This document shows, one piece after another, positions 34,901-42,765 of a stretch of 64,000 nt of DNA. How positions within the stretch are numbered: the stretch's first letter is position 1; each line of letters begins with the position of its first letter. Under the pieces are notes generated by a model that was given only the letters and a program-made list of their open reading frames with translations, searched no databases and was not told the DNA's origin. The stretch covers positions 115-64,114 of the IMG/VR virus record IMGVR_UViG_3300008448_012183. One strand, given 5' to 3'. Origin of the DNA: a virus. Taxonomy: Duplodnaviria; Caudoviricetes. The translations under genes were made by a program, and so were the position numbers.

Positions 34901-35834
34901 TTCAATAAAGATTTCGCATCCTTTAACCGATACTGAATTGCTATCTAGTATAGACAAGCCAGAAAATTTAAAGTGGTTAATTTTCAAAGTAAAAAGAAAA
35001 GCGGAAAAATTTTATGACGTTTTGACTGAATTTGTCGATACAAGATTTAAATCTTCAAATGCTAATATTTCAAATGCTTCTTATAACTGGCCTTATGATT
35101 ATTTTTCATTAGTAGAATTAGCAAATGTAGAAGTTAAATTTGATATTTTTAACGATGAATTTTACGATGCACAAAGAAGAGAAGTAATAATAAGACCAGA
35201 ACAACAATTACCACAAGTTGTTATTTCAAAGCTTGAAAAACCAAAGATTTCTCTTTCGATAGCAAAAATAATTGAAAAATTACCAGTTAGACAATTAGTG
35301 ACAAATATAGAGACTAAAAAAGTTTCTACAACTAACGTAAAAGATGCAATTGATAGATTAAAACAAAATATCCCTTCTGCTGTTACAAGACTTATTGCCT
35401 TAAAAGCGCAAGAAATACCAAAAATAACCGTTAAGCCAAAAATTAATATCGAAACAACATTAAAAACTGAGCCTTTACTAACAAATATTTTGAAAACAAA
35501 CAATAAAATATCTGAAAATATAAAAATAAATCTACCAAAACCAACAATAGCTGTAAAAACGCCTGTCCTAGATAAATTATTGGATAAACCACAAATTAAA
35601 CCAACAATTTCAAATGTTCCAGTCGTTAAGCCAGCTCAATTATCCTTACCAATTCCAGCAACCGTTATAAGACCTGCATCCGTAACTACCAGTACTCAGT
35701 CATTACCAGTCCAAGCACCTATTCAGGCGACTTTGGTTCAACCAGTTACTTCTTCAGTAAACATTGAGCCGAAAAAACCAGAAATTAAATTGGCTATATT
35801 AAACAAAATATTAACAACTAAAAAGAAGGGCTAA
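22911..35834 (+). CDS. Giant baseplate wedge protein (gp7/P2-I-like) with multiple LamG/concanavalin-A domains (4307 aa)
   Basis: IYKSKGTEKSFRNLFRAFG wedge motif. LamG motifs TVEFWFK/WHHYAL/FDEFRFW/YYKFNEG and FTISTWFK/KWHNLV/FKGELDEFSAW. Follows gp25-gp6. Confidence 0.7.
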   Translation: MSIKKFFKESSVGSVSTNDIKSNVDVESIENVKAVLEDNKELVPVVDYADPAKFAKYGSAELYYQNFVENVYKNYPYDGSKKEKQEWYNNLAYFEKYLFDYDYPKTNGYLTLGSSSWTTSTSSITDGTHAYKLSSFPQYIYVRPSTNQSVAGRTDPEKNIYNTATKRISSLLLDKNDGNTVEFWFKEETGSPNTYAIFDVWNSSSIDNSDYERLLVEVLSGNGFYLTYQKGVSGVSRAFIDVNFSSLKSSWHHYALSFKSNASTDKIDITVYVDAKSDLSSNSAIFSVSTGSAISSDFTINGLNANIGSYIYTPVSALTASSWNGRGSVYGSFDEFRFWNKARNHQEIARNWSFHAGGGANTDDSNTDLNLYYKFNEGIINTTEADTKDSIVLDYSGRFTNSLIKNYTKNIRSTGSAINSSGFFDFIEEKDPIIIETNPILSSYLTTKKEEGYFHDLENTSQFYNLFPNWIREEDAAANQDLRKVFQIVATYLDKLYLQIEQLNKIKHTDYLTDKEKSYPFAKELLDSKGLASPDILIDSNILEEISSRDEERPYEEKFNVVKNLIYQNIYNNLTYIYKSKGTEKSFRNLFRAFGVDDEIIKLVLYSNNAEIKLNKDKINYTSVKTNLIDFSFKEHHAATVYQYSTGSNSSVLYGATTTDLELIPKTFECITYLPNQTVKEKLFKWNLNDVSSSIFGVHSAQNTNNDLAWDADDKFNFQVYALRDKKSSKGGRFLLKTNGFGLTSSIALTSSYYNDLYDNTTWNLVVKVRPFIDDYSYLNIDAINPEKFIIEFIGVQSNLDIVQNEFSASYILNAASSSLAAQKDKRVYIGAHRNNFTGSVLQESDIRIISTRCWYDDLDINTIKSHARNFKAFGRNNPSKRSYLGLYEDVLQLDTLALNWDFDTVSGSDSNGQFIVEDRKTYSTNNILSTTTNEKHYGRGDFFPVNSTNPVDVDYLTVGKNELPEQLSTSDTIDIRNEDDIFFTKDTRPVDYFLSLENSMYSIISDEMLNLFSSATDYSNLIGNPLSAYKQNYKELEFIRQKFFEKVDNIPSFERYLNLFKWIDSSINEILKEITPASANVSENISTILESHILERNKYQRKLPIFNYREKTRVNFPIKGINELLNTPISGTSLWNRERLEKNSPLMTTGDANADYNRQTIQNSLNNLNDQKTFKLKNTDNTSYIAPIYVFRKQAKPYRFMVDQPEAPYDAVSSSANIENIPSSKANVYSGRRVPYNYRNNYEVFQTSGRTANNKYLNDISSSLEVKKVESTNATASTVYLDKEAPNRTIQKTVFVERFSAPGSAETNAVLALNEDSAEYSVYNSLNYRNMLVRKNLNAWSAESSSINDTIPSYHKIPKNPKTGLNGETTYDNLFIQQSIPQSDKANSWIKSALAKALTIEPQIKTDAEKTFLLDPDNNSKYVSNARIKFLSNDRFILVYKTFTGFINISLFDVIDSGREKDIELLSTKTIDSYTIFENHDVEIINYEKPIILVTSQQESDGYSIGSVFTIENDALRQIKVKPVDSSIIYDNYIFEPFYHYGDLGGVLNSDQRVFGYPRFPMSYTPYFEPVYSVKRLKDDVFVAGGFQYNPASSTASLLSGSGYSLVLSKLEYSSSLTRLTFATSSFLKLPPYDSSSVGGLFLSYYSSPLASPSVQKIDILPLTTSSFIATYCQDSNFSSSLTPPSVPVIPVVTTGTLRTTYYTLVNYNTSTLDMTLGGTVTSSLIHMPNYDFIGVSGSYAYYSVIYTKRTGSDLNPYFYGGTVATYGTVDQFNRDKNVYLKFMKFNTGNINDLTSSNEIQLGLIDYIGSTKLTELGSLARLSYINYKYNISNNTILNSKNDLQEISDKFLINYSLLSSSVLPASPSINDDLGIISYAGEFLNDQNILGYVTGSLSTMTISNPIATHNFLTSQSLNVKLFTVKNDIHSPGFITAYNDSGLTKIEYCSIADENYFKLYVDEQKYLTEPEVLEKREFYKEYSAFHNEYPNLSGDEYFIFKEQLFDPIIDFAYTNITVLKDYDEETNTISLYSPTSSLKTFLVNTNGFYGFNTWKQIRNNQNPTQVRKARKNQYFIEGKNYKEPVITYKKSLDINVLSDPERNKKYDNQKSTDLQKLKITVPYLTPHEYFANKDLQEKVNSERSFGDKLKKTDYDKVKDTYDEKDSTTEFDFLSHKENLYPKNINTSLTRFRDSYEEEQNTGSNGYERETSAVRTFWKDSGVERYKTENIGFNNLNYQNQTIKTDSNNNLKRGYFYNNLTSSALVGHNIEKIFSIWPLDNFFLYQGVEYDFESYGNLLSSSVTSSSGSVFYTDIEAKTLNVIGDLTFPGHSEERKLTYLIPPNVFGIKPTPRTQFIFNPYFNGVNNEPFGWEWKTNIIAGKNPWFDSYEQYSSDLKLIGKNYSVLPEFRISEYVSAYLAGAIRTINKEFLKLDGVSISSSFIKNTSETVIYPSNSNQSVESNLANSNFRLLLGDFKNLRSFNSGSAKNINLKTSSSKKINYPFNTNVLYGQYVNLVGNLLNQPRYLNSTSLIFNNTGSESYLETNINSISSIASLSSSNGIYAPNLNTASFTISTWFKLSDDVLSNKTPIGLWHLTNAESAITNSFDKPSFGVLLNTSGSIIGENYTSGSIYADTDIVVYNGGQHDIDLETRNVYTFYNNSSSASGNIDFPDTRIILDNKWHNLVVEYFTPEAFTANDFSRDQVEPRQKLFPYGSFEYKMFSTDSQYRFSKTVLLSKENKLISGSIKEENILANVVLLAESGLSSEISGALGISIYKNIGNDFIELERVIKPLSQTFSIDNPSACLEVENLGVKDGKKYFIANVAYANSTLRSLVDEYVICSYSSSLETGSINLINSLTGAAFIGYLKVSEQKPIKPIEFVDNSASSMLIVSQYGQRDYYTNKYWHTSSFYYYDIDYSNKLLTNKTNIKEITSSLFGLDIPVKSIESCLVDSNGYPNKKFIYTFSTGNVEMNYLELGTGGSIVKEQTLTNIGLSTGGINKLYYATSSLSGADKHDNYIILTGDGLRAITVVNGTGSLYYSGQTPYANIYLNDVYLYDNKIVSFGYGNSTTYKSSSFVYGTASYGISPEISTLNYSDIDGALDVTKDNRVRTLSFCKFITPDRKSNYLSSSFSIPLTFVDPQGSTLTGMVAKYNKNRGTNASIKVYLDGQQKYGKLFDSENSTTYKRPILINQPYKEDLTNKQKEFNLNNLKIGYSDNMQYINNPLGFKGELDEFSAWYGNLSSNAVLELYNSGSPSNINELSFKTETANNFESSSFMPTNVTGNVFIWYRLGYAENSTSTKINNLTFNKEFYDYYGESDDLSYYFEDQTKKTHYSRLFNEHTTSVQNITLTVNGITKLLPYNGFYPMQRTSEIAKLLKNSFIVFNQNNQTNNTLTLGSLDIVNIRNNYKKVINDESVTQAALQPFMAPGILFNSIKSGISVDWAAFTGSAASIRASNKPSFYDIATSNGTSSYIISSGSALRIPFETLANLQKFPKRLNSSQTEPIYYLNPTIYNFTSAYEQFKENADSNLKLTNVYPYFIWNGTKASDEFELSMNNFLAETPRFFLKNGALTTFKSKIAKEFRSAVSGNLYVMDISLYKTKNFDMILSPKASSSYDVSGSSGRYFGPPLNYKEGSNINTFPDAESIIADPAYSAYVPPYYYGKSTIRLKYYADKARVTVDDIISKLQFEIINPELDDLISDVSGSLNSVAYLNRMTLDSSLQIRGKEIVPTSVKNGFLEIQSSNDPVNAAENTKWVISTKWECPTMNFNDEEATNKPYNTGDFASNLNTNLTWSYPTAGTGIWSGYSRNYDEKQGIFLKLEESFNGNLSDTTGSLINLCGFEIAEKRVGTLAETKEISEAIVVIPYYEKELYSDTVDQRTKLIKKAQTDNEIFSVDEKHNFIKTDKTQFFNAIKYIDQNRGSIDENNTPNSLVDLALKMEKYELPRHLDFLKDYREGKTNIPPFAMYMFEFKRTLSKEDLGDIWQGVMPEAATIAKNDSIKISHPLTDTELLSSIDKPENLKWLIFKVKRKAEKFYDVLTEFVDTRFKSSNANISNASYNWPYDYFSLVELANVEVKFDIFNDEFYDAQRREVIIRPEQQLPQVVISKLEKPKISLSIAKIIEKLPVRQLVTNIETKKVSTTNVKDAIDRLKQNIPSAVTRLIALKAQEIPKITVKPKINIETTLKTEPLLTNILKTNNKISENIKINLPKPTIAVKTPVLDKLLDKPQIKPTISNVPVVKPAQLSLPIPATVIRPASVTTSTQSLPVQAPIQATLVQPVTSSVNIEPKKPEIKLAILNKILTTKKKG

Positions 35835-35836
35835 AA

Positions 35837-36664
35837 ATGTCATTTTTTAATAATAAAGAAGAAGTTTTAAACATAGAATTAACTCCATATGGAAAACTTT
35901 TGCTGTCCAAGGGAATTTTTGAGCCAGTCTACTATGCTTTTTTTGATGATGAGATTATTTATGATAACTTGTATGCTAATTTTTCTGAGAGTCAGAACAG
36001 CATAGAGACTAGAATTTTAGAAGAAACAATATATAATAAGCCAGTTTATAATACAAAAGGCGTAGAAACAAATTTATCAAATAAATTATCTAAAAATATA
36101 AAAAGCTATGAACAAGAAAATTCAATAGGGACAGTAGATTCCGTAAATCAATATTCTCCAGCATGGGAAATAAAAGTTTTAGATGGAACTACAATATCAG
36201 GTAGCTCTACTAGTAAATCGGTATATACAGGTCAAAGTGGCTCTCTTAAAACGGTTAACATCCCTCAAATTAATTTAAACACAGTAAATATTAAAGTTAA
36301 TATAACAAATAATAATAAACCAAATATAAATTTTGATATTATAAATAAAAATATTTTGCTTCAGATAGAAGAATTAAATGTAATTTCAGAGAAGGAAAAT
36401 TTTGATATAGAGGTTTATGAAGTAGGACCAGTAGATAAAAATGGAAATGAAAGCTTAACTCAGCTACATTTTATTGAAAAACCTATTTATATTAAAGATG
36501 GCATAATGTTAGAGGAACCTATATTACCAAACATATCGCCAGAAACTGATGATACGGTAGTAGAATACTTTTTTGATATAAATCCAGATATTGAAGTCAA
36601 GCCAGACCTTTTAAAGAAAATTTTGAACGCCGATAAAGAAATTAACAAAAATATTAAAGAATAA
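35837..36664 (+). CDS. Baseplate/fibre-attachment protein (paralogue of 41829)
   Basis: N-terminus LTPYGKLLLSKG.FEPVYYAFFDDEIIY aligns by eye with 41829 LTDLGRRRLSQG..FKITKFALGDDEINY. Confidence 0.6.
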   Translation: MSFFNNKEEVLNIELTPYGKLLLSKGIFEPVYYAFFDDEIIYDNLYANFSESQNSIETRILEETIYNKPVYNTKGVETNLSNKLSKNIKSYEQENSIGTVDSVNQYSPAWEIKVLDGTTISGSSTSKSVYTGQSGSLKTVNIPQINLNTVNIKVNITNNNKPNINFDIINKNILLQIEELNVISEKENFDIEVYEVGPVDKNGNESLTQLHFIEKPIYIKDGIMLEEPILPNISPETDDTVVEYFFDINPDIEVKPDLLKKILNADKEINKNIKE

Positions 36665-39217
36665 TTGGGGATAAAAATGGAAGAAAAAGATATTATTGGT
36701 AGTATTTTACCAAATATACACATTGATAAAATTAATATCAGTAATCCTACCAAAGAAAAGATTTCTATTGAAGTAAATTATTCTTTTTATGACTCACAAA
36801 CAACGCAAAACACTCTTTGGTCTTCTTTACCGCAGACATTTAAAAAATGTATTAAATTGGTTGTTGCAATAGTAGAAGATGGTCCTAATTTAAAAAAAGA
36901 TCTATTAACATTTTTAGATACTACTAGCTCACAAAATTTGAAATTTTTTCATTCATCATTTAAAAATGAAATAGGTAGTATAGATACCTTTAAAAGGTAT
37001 CTAGATAAAAATAAAAGAGAAGATATAACAATAGAAACAATAAATGGAATAGAGTATAGAAAGTATACGTCAGCTATAAAAAGAGAAATAGATATAACAA
37101 ATGGATCTAGCGACTTGAACGTTCAGGTTTTAGCATATTGTTATTTTGATTCAAACGAGTTTAAACAAACTGGGGTTGCAGTTCAAAGATCGGCAATACA
37201 ACAAAATATAAGACAGAACAATTCGGTAAACAATCTTTTTTTTGAACCTGTTGATTATTATGGCAAATTTACATATATAAATGTTTTTACGGACGGTAAT
37301 ATAAATCCAGAAAAAATTACTTATATAAATTCTTTTACCGGAGAAGAATTTTTAGGTCAAATAAAAGGCATTAACGACTCTTTATATGATTTTGATACAG
37401 AGTCGATCTTGATGGAAGAATTAGTTATTCCAGTAGAATTCGTAGAGGATATGCGAAATTATAAATTTATAAAGAAAAATTTAAAAAATATCATCAATGA
37501 AGTCAACGCTTTAAAATTTAAATTTAATAACGTAAATAATAAACTAGCAAAAAAAACAGCTAATAAACAATATGTATCACAATTGTTTTTATCTAAAACT
37601 TTAAAACAAGAAAATTTAATACCAATTTTTGCAGATCCTATCTTAGAAAAACCAAATGTTTTTGAAAAAACTATAAATTCTTCTTTTAATGATGTAGGAA
37701 CTTTCTTTTTTGATTATGAAAGATTTATCAAAGAAAATTCTGTTTTGAATAGAATTAAGAATAGTAGTATTTTTATTGATCCTAATTTTTTACAGTTTGA
37801 AATAAAAATGCAAAAAAAATCTTTTTCCAAAGGTAAAGAATACGATAAACAATTGATAAAAAACATTAGCGCAAAAACAGTTTCTTATAACACAGATTTT
37901 GGGAATAAAAATCTTTTACAAGTAACATTTATAATAGATACGCAATTACAAAGAGGAAATTATGAATTTTCTTTAGATGTTTATTTAAAGGATAACATAA
38001 TTCAACAATTATTACAAAATTTAAAAAATCTAAAAATTTATTTAACTTTTGTTGAAACATATTCTTCAATAATCTTTAAAAATCTAGATAAAGTAAGCAA
38101 TTCGGTCAAAACTGATAGTACTCAACCTACTATTTATTATGATTTATTACAAAATAATTTCACAGGTGTTTTTTTAAAAGCCATTACTGATATAGGCATA
38201 CCTTTAGAGGAGCCAATCAAATCAGAAGATTTTAATCCTCAAGAAAAAAATGCAAAAAAATTATTAGAAGAAATATTAATTTCTTTAAAACCAGAAAACA
38301 CTAATCTTGAGACTGTTTATCAATTCATAGAATTAATAAATTCAGTTGTAAAAGAATATTCTAAATTTACTGATATATTCTCTAATTCAACCTTTAACCC
38401 TCATATAGAAACATTTTTTAACATTACTAGAGGCAAAGCTTCTATTAATTTTAAACACATCTTTAAAGAATTACTTTTATCTAATCCAGAAGAAAAATTG
38501 TTTATTCTCACAAAAGAAGAAATAAAAAATGAAAAATATAATTCTAATTTATTTATAGTTAAAGATGAACCCTATTTTGTAAATACCCATGATTTTGTCA
38601 AGATGATACAAGGTGATGAATTAGAAGAAATTATCGATATTATTCGCAAAAACAATAATTCTCTATATGATAATAAATTTGAAAAAATTCTTAAAGAACT
38701 ATATCCTCAACAATTAAAAGTTTCTATTTTGACTGAATTTTTAGGTTTAGAAAAAATTAAAGAATTTGATAATCAAGTATTAAAACCAAAGCCAAAACAA
38801 TTATCAATTAATCTTTTTACCCAACAAGAAAAAATTAAAAGAGTAGAAAAAACTCCACTAGAAGAATACAGATTATCTCTTGTTGACTTAAGATACAATA
38901 ATGATGAGGAGATCCTTAGACAAAAACTAGAAGCAGCAGCAAAAAGCTCTGAGGCTAATACTATCAATTTCTTGTTTAATGCTACAAAAAGAGCAGAATA
39001 TTTAACTGGATTTTCCGTTACAGAAGACCAAGAATACGGTTCTATAATTAATTTAGGAAAACCATTTTGGAATCAGTCTAAAGATAATAATAATTTATTG
39101 TTTGGAAGACTAGTTAATGTTGAAGTAGACAAAAATTTCTTTAAAGAATTTAAATATTCTTTTAAAATAAATGATTATCGTATAAAATTTACAAACGAAT
39201 ATTTTACAACAAACTAA
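36665..39217 (+). CDS. Hypothetical virion protein (850 aa; ATG at 36677 is an alternative start)
   Basis: Long ORF in the structural operon; no motif recognised. Confidence 0.7.
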   Translation: MGIKMEEKDIIGSILPNIHIDKINISNPTKEKISIEVNYSFYDSQTTQNTLWSSLPQTFKKCIKLVVAIVEDGPNLKKDLLTFLDTTSSQNLKFFHSSFKNEIGSIDTFKRYLDKNKREDITIETINGIEYRKYTSAIKREIDITNGSSDLNVQVLAYCYFDSNEFKQTGVAVQRSAIQQNIRQNNSVNNLFFEPVDYYGKFTYINVFTDGNINPEKITYINSFTGEEFLGQIKGINDSLYDFDTESILMEELVIPVEFVEDMRNYKFIKKNLKNIINEVNALKFKFNNVNNKLAKKTANKQYVSQLFLSKTLKQENLIPIFADPILEKPNVFEKTINSSFNDVGTFFFDYERFIKENSVLNRIKNSSIFIDPNFLQFEIKMQKKSFSKGKEYDKQLIKNISAKTVSYNTDFGNKNLLQVTFIIDTQLQRGNYEFSLDVYLKDNIIQQLLQNLKNLKIYLTFVETYSSIIFKNLDKVSNSVKTDSTQPTIYYDLLQNNFTGVFLKAITDIGIPLEEPIKSEDFNPQEKNAKKLLEEILISLKPENTNLETVYQFIELINSVVKEYSKFTDIFSNSTFNPHIETFFNITRGKASINFKHIFKELLLSNPEEKLFILTKEEIKNEKYNSNLFIVKDEPYFVNTHDFVKMIQGDELEEIIDIIRKNNNSLYDNKFEKILKELYPQQLKVSILTEFLGLEKIKEFDNQVLKPKPKQLSINLFTQQEKIKRVEKTPLEEYRLSLVDLRYNNDEEILRQKLEAAAKSSEANTINFLFNATKRAEYLTGFSVTEDQEYGSIINLGKPFWNQSKDNNNLLFGRLVNVEVDKNFFKEFKYSFKINDYRIKFTNEYFTTN

Positions 39218-39218
39218 G

Positions 39219-41783
39219 ATGCCCATAATAAAAAGCTATGTTAAAGCGTTAACTAAAAATTTAAAAGAAGAAAAGGTTGCCCCCGTTAAGGAGCAGCAAG
39301 TTACCCCTATTGCAGTAGCGGTTTCTCCTGCTCAAATAAAAAATTTGACTGCCGCTAATACATCCACTGTAGTTAATGTTACACAAACAATAAACAATGT
39401 ACAAAAAAAATTACAAGAAGATGGTCAAAAAGCAAATATACTATCGCAAGTCGCAGAATCAATTAAAAAGACAACGCCTAACATACAAGACGCTATTAAA
39501 AGTGCAATTCAAACAATTGAACAAAAGAATACTCAAATTAGTACACCGCCAGTTCAAAGAGCATTACCGGTAAACTTTGCTCTTGGAGATATTTCAGGAA
39601 TTGGCGGTGGTGCGTTTGGACCAAATAATGCTGGCGCTTTAGGAAGTGGTATAGGAGGCGCAGGTGGTAGCGGAACAGGCGGCATCGGAGGATTAACTGG
39701 TGCAGGAGGCTTGGGTGGTTTAAACCCAAATCTTGGTAATTTAAATACTGGCGTAGGAGGTTCTAGCGGGGGATTTTTCCCAGATAGGCTTAAAATCCCA
39801 CCAGTTAGACCGCTACCACCAATTCGATCTCCACCAAATTTTTATTCTGTCAACACAGTTGCCTTACCTAACTTCACAATAAATAATAAAGAAAAAAATA
39901 AACAAAGACCAGAAATTGATGATGGGATGGTGCCTGATTTTTATGAAGCAACATTTAAATACAATAAATACTTAGAAGGATATGAAAATTTAATATCTTC
40001 CGCTAGTGTTGACGAGAGAAACCTACTTAATTTTCAATCTTTTTTAAATTATAAAAACTTTGAAGATAATAAACCACTTGAAGAAATAAACGAAAAATTA
40101 AAAAAACATATTTTTATAAGACAAAATCAACCAATATCAACTAGAGCTTTTGATAGAATATTATATAATGATAAATATTTTTTAGATTTTACTAATAAAT
40201 TTATACCAAATAATAGAATAAACAATCAACAAGTTATTGCGTTTATGGAAAATATTTCTATATCAAATGAAATGCTAAAAGATGCAAATAGCGCAGATGC
40301 TTTTAAAAATATATTTCCATTCTATAACAACGTTAAGATTACATATACAAAAAAATCAGAATTTATAAAAAATTTAAAAAAGTTTAATTTAGATGATGAA
40401 TTTTTGTTGTATATTACAAAAGTAATATCCCAGAGCTATGTAAAGGGGAAAGCTACAGAAACAAATTTTATTTCTAAAACATTTGATCCTGTCTTAAAAA
40501 GAACTAACAATTATAATATTAAATTAAGATTTGATAGTAATTTTTTTATTAATGATTTTCTTGTCGATAGACAACCTTTAAAGACAGAAGATACAAATAA
40601 TATATTGTTGCTAAAAGGCAATTATTTAAGAAAAACAACAGGAAAATTTAATAATTCATTTTTTTATTTTGCCACATCACAGGCTCTTAGAAATAAATCT
40701 GGACTAAATGAAGGCGATATATTAGCGTTTAGAGTTGAAAAAACAAAGCTTGATAATCCATCTATAAAACAACAGTTTATATTTTTAAATGATGATGAAA
40801 CCCAAGTTTTTGATATTGTTGATACACAAATAAAATACAATACAAAATATAAGTACGATATCTACGCATACAGATACGATAGAAATTATCTTCCAGATAA
40901 TCTGAATCCAACTTTACAAACAAACGGATTTATATCTGAAGTAAAGATGAACATATCAGATATAATATTAAGCGTTTTAGACACTCCTCCTTTGGCTCCA
41001 ACGTTTACAGCATTTTTAGATAGAACAGACAACAAAACAATATTGTTTAAAATAGATAATGTTTGCGGCTCTAACTTTGAATCCCCAATCATACTAGATC
41101 CAGATAAAGATCCTAAAAAAATACAAGATATTAGAGCAGCATTTAAATTACAGCCTGATAGCAATCTACTTTTCAAAAATGATGATGAACCAAGAACATT
41201 TGAGATTTATAAACTAGATAAACCACCAACTAGATACGAACAATTTGTTGGAAATAAACTGACCACGGTAAGAAATACTACTGCGTTTAAAGATACAATA
41301 ACTCCAAATAAAAAATATTATTATTGTATTAGATCATTAGACGTTCACAACTTCTTTTCTAATCCATCTTTTATTATGCAGATTGAAATTATAAATAATA
41401 GTGGTGTTTCATATTTGGAAAGCAAGGTATACGATTTAGAAGCCGCACAAGATATTTCATCAGAATTAAAATTACAAGGTAAAACTGCTACAATAAGCTT
41501 TAAAAAATATTTACAAATGGGACCGGCCTTTTTGCACACTTTATTAAGAAATTTAGATATAGACGAATTCAAAAAAGCACCAAATCCAGCAGCCGAGTCA
41601 GATATAGATAGAGAAATATTTGGTGAAGCTGTTGTGGCTCCCGGCTTAAGCGTAGATAGACAACCAGCCGTATCAAAAAGTCCATACGGTAGAAACTATA
41701 AAATAAGAATAAAGTCCAAAAAAAGTGGTAAGATGGTAGATATAAATTTTAAGTTTGTGATAGAAAAAAAAATACTTAGCTAA
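39219..41783 (+). CDS. Virion protein with Gly-rich segment and fibronectin type III-like domains
   Basis: Gly-rich tract at about 39590-39775; FN3-like strands VDTQIKYNTKYKYDIYAY and FKDTITPNKKYYYCIRS..FSNPS. Confidence 0.6.
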   Translation: MPIIKSYVKALTKNLKEEKVAPVKEQQVTPIAVAVSPAQIKNLTAANTSTVVNVTQTINNVQKKLQEDGQKANILSQVAESIKKTTPNIQDAIKSAIQTIEQKNTQISTPPVQRALPVNFALGDISGIGGGAFGPNNAGALGSGIGGAGGSGTGGIGGLTGAGGLGGLNPNLGNLNTGVGGSSGGFFPDRLKIPPVRPLPPIRSPPNFYSVNTVALPNFTINNKEKNKQRPEIDDGMVPDFYEATFKYNKYLEGYENLISSASVDERNLLNFQSFLNYKNFEDNKPLEEINEKLKKHIFIRQNQPISTRAFDRILYNDKYFLDFTNKFIPNNRINNQQVIAFMENISISNEMLKDANSADAFKNIFPFYNNVKITYTKKSEFIKNLKKFNLDDEFLLYITKVISQSYVKGKATETNFISKTFDPVLKRTNNYNIKLRFDSNFFINDFLVDRQPLKTEDTNNILLLKGNYLRKTTGKFNNSFFYFATSQALRNKSGLNEGDILAFRVEKTKLDNPSIKQQFIFLNDDETQVFDIVDTQIKYNTKYKYDIYAYRYDRNYLPDNLNPTLQTNGFISEVKMNISDIILSVLDTPPLAPTFTAFLDRTDNKTILFKIDNVCGSNFESPIILDPDKDPKKIQDIRAAFKLQPDSNLLFKNDDEPRTFEIYKLDKPPTRYEQFVGNKLTTVRNTTAFKDTITPNKKYYYCIRSLDVHNFFSNPSFIMQIEIINNSGVSYLESKVYDLEAAQDISSELKLQGKTATISFKKYLQMGPAFLHTLLRNLDIDEFKKAPNPAAESDIDREIFGEAVVAPGLSVDRQPAVSKSPYGRNYKIRIKSKKSGKMVDINFKFVIEKKILS

Positions 41784-41799
41784 CTTTTTGATTTGATAA

Positions 41800-41808
41800 A
41801 CTAATTAT
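41800..41808 (+). promoter_or_regulatory. Candidate late-promoter motif ACTAATTAT
   Basis: Intergenic, about 20 nt before the 41829 start, with an AGGAG RBS. Confidence 0.55.
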
Positions 41809-41828
41809 TTAAATTTTAGGAGAAAAAA

Positions 41829-42761
41829 ATGGCTTTTTTAGATAATAGTAGAGATATTATACTTGATGCGGTTTTAACAGATTTGGGCAGAAGAAGATTA
41901 TCGCAAGGCGATGGATCTTTTAAAATCACTAAATTTGCGCTAGGCGATGACGAAATCAATTACACTCTTTATGACAGAAACAACGCTAGCGGTAGCGCAT
42001 ATTTTGATTTAGAAGTTCTTCAAAGTCCAGTATTTGAAGCTTTTACAAATAATATCTCTACCATGAATAGCAAATTATTGACAATCACAAACAATAATTT
42101 ACTGTATTTACCAATCTTAAAGCTAAATACAAAAGATAGTGAAACAACTGAAGATAATATTAGAGGCGGTAAAAAACTTTGTGATATTTCTGAATTGTCT
42201 AGAGTATTTTTAGTGGCCGTAGATCAAGAAACGGTAACAGCTTTAACTGGGAAGATATTTATTGATGGTACAACCCCCGGTACAAATTATATCCGTATTG
42301 ACCAAGGTTTGGATACTACAGAACTTTCTCCAACAAATCCATTAGCATCAGAATTAGTAGAAACAAGGTATTCTGTTGAAATTGATAATAGATTAGGTAT
42401 TTTATCGTTTGGTAACGCCGAACTGGAACCAACATTTATTGATGATGATAATATAGCCCTTTATTCATTTGCGCTTAATGTAAGTCCAGCAAATGTTTCA
42501 GCTTTTTCAAAAATATCAGATACAAGAAAGTTAAATCTAGGGCACACATTAGTTGGTCCAAGAGGAACTTGTGTATTTTTTACAGTCAGAGCCACAGATG
42601 ATATTCAAACAACGGATTATCTTTTTGATACAATCGGCACCACAACGAGCTTAACTGGAATCTCTGGTACTTTTAAGATTATTCACAGCACAGTTACAGT
42701 AACTGGCGAGACAACTGGATACGCAATAGATGTTCCAGTTTCATTCATAAAGAAGGTATAA
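41829..42761 (+). CDS. Baseplate/tail structural protein
   Basis: N-terminus DAVLTDLGRRRL...ITKFALGDDEINY resembles the start of P2 gpH-type fibre N-domains; beta-rich. Confidence 0.65.
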   Translation: MAFLDNSRDIILDAVLTDLGRRRLSQGDGSFKITKFALGDDEINYTLYDRNNASGSAYFDLEVLQSPVFEAFTNNISTMNSKLLTITNNNLLYLPILKLNTKDSETTEDNIRGGKKLCDISELSRVFLVAVDQETVTALTGKIFIDGTTPGTNYIRIDQGLDTTELSPTNPLASELVETRYSVEIDNRLGILSFGNAELEPTFIDDDNIALYSFALNVSPANVSAFSKISDTRKLNLGHTLVGPRGTCVFFTVRATDDIQTTDYLFDTIGTTTSLTGISGTFKIIHSTVTVTGETTGYAIDVPVSFIKKV

Positions 42762-42765
42762 AAAA

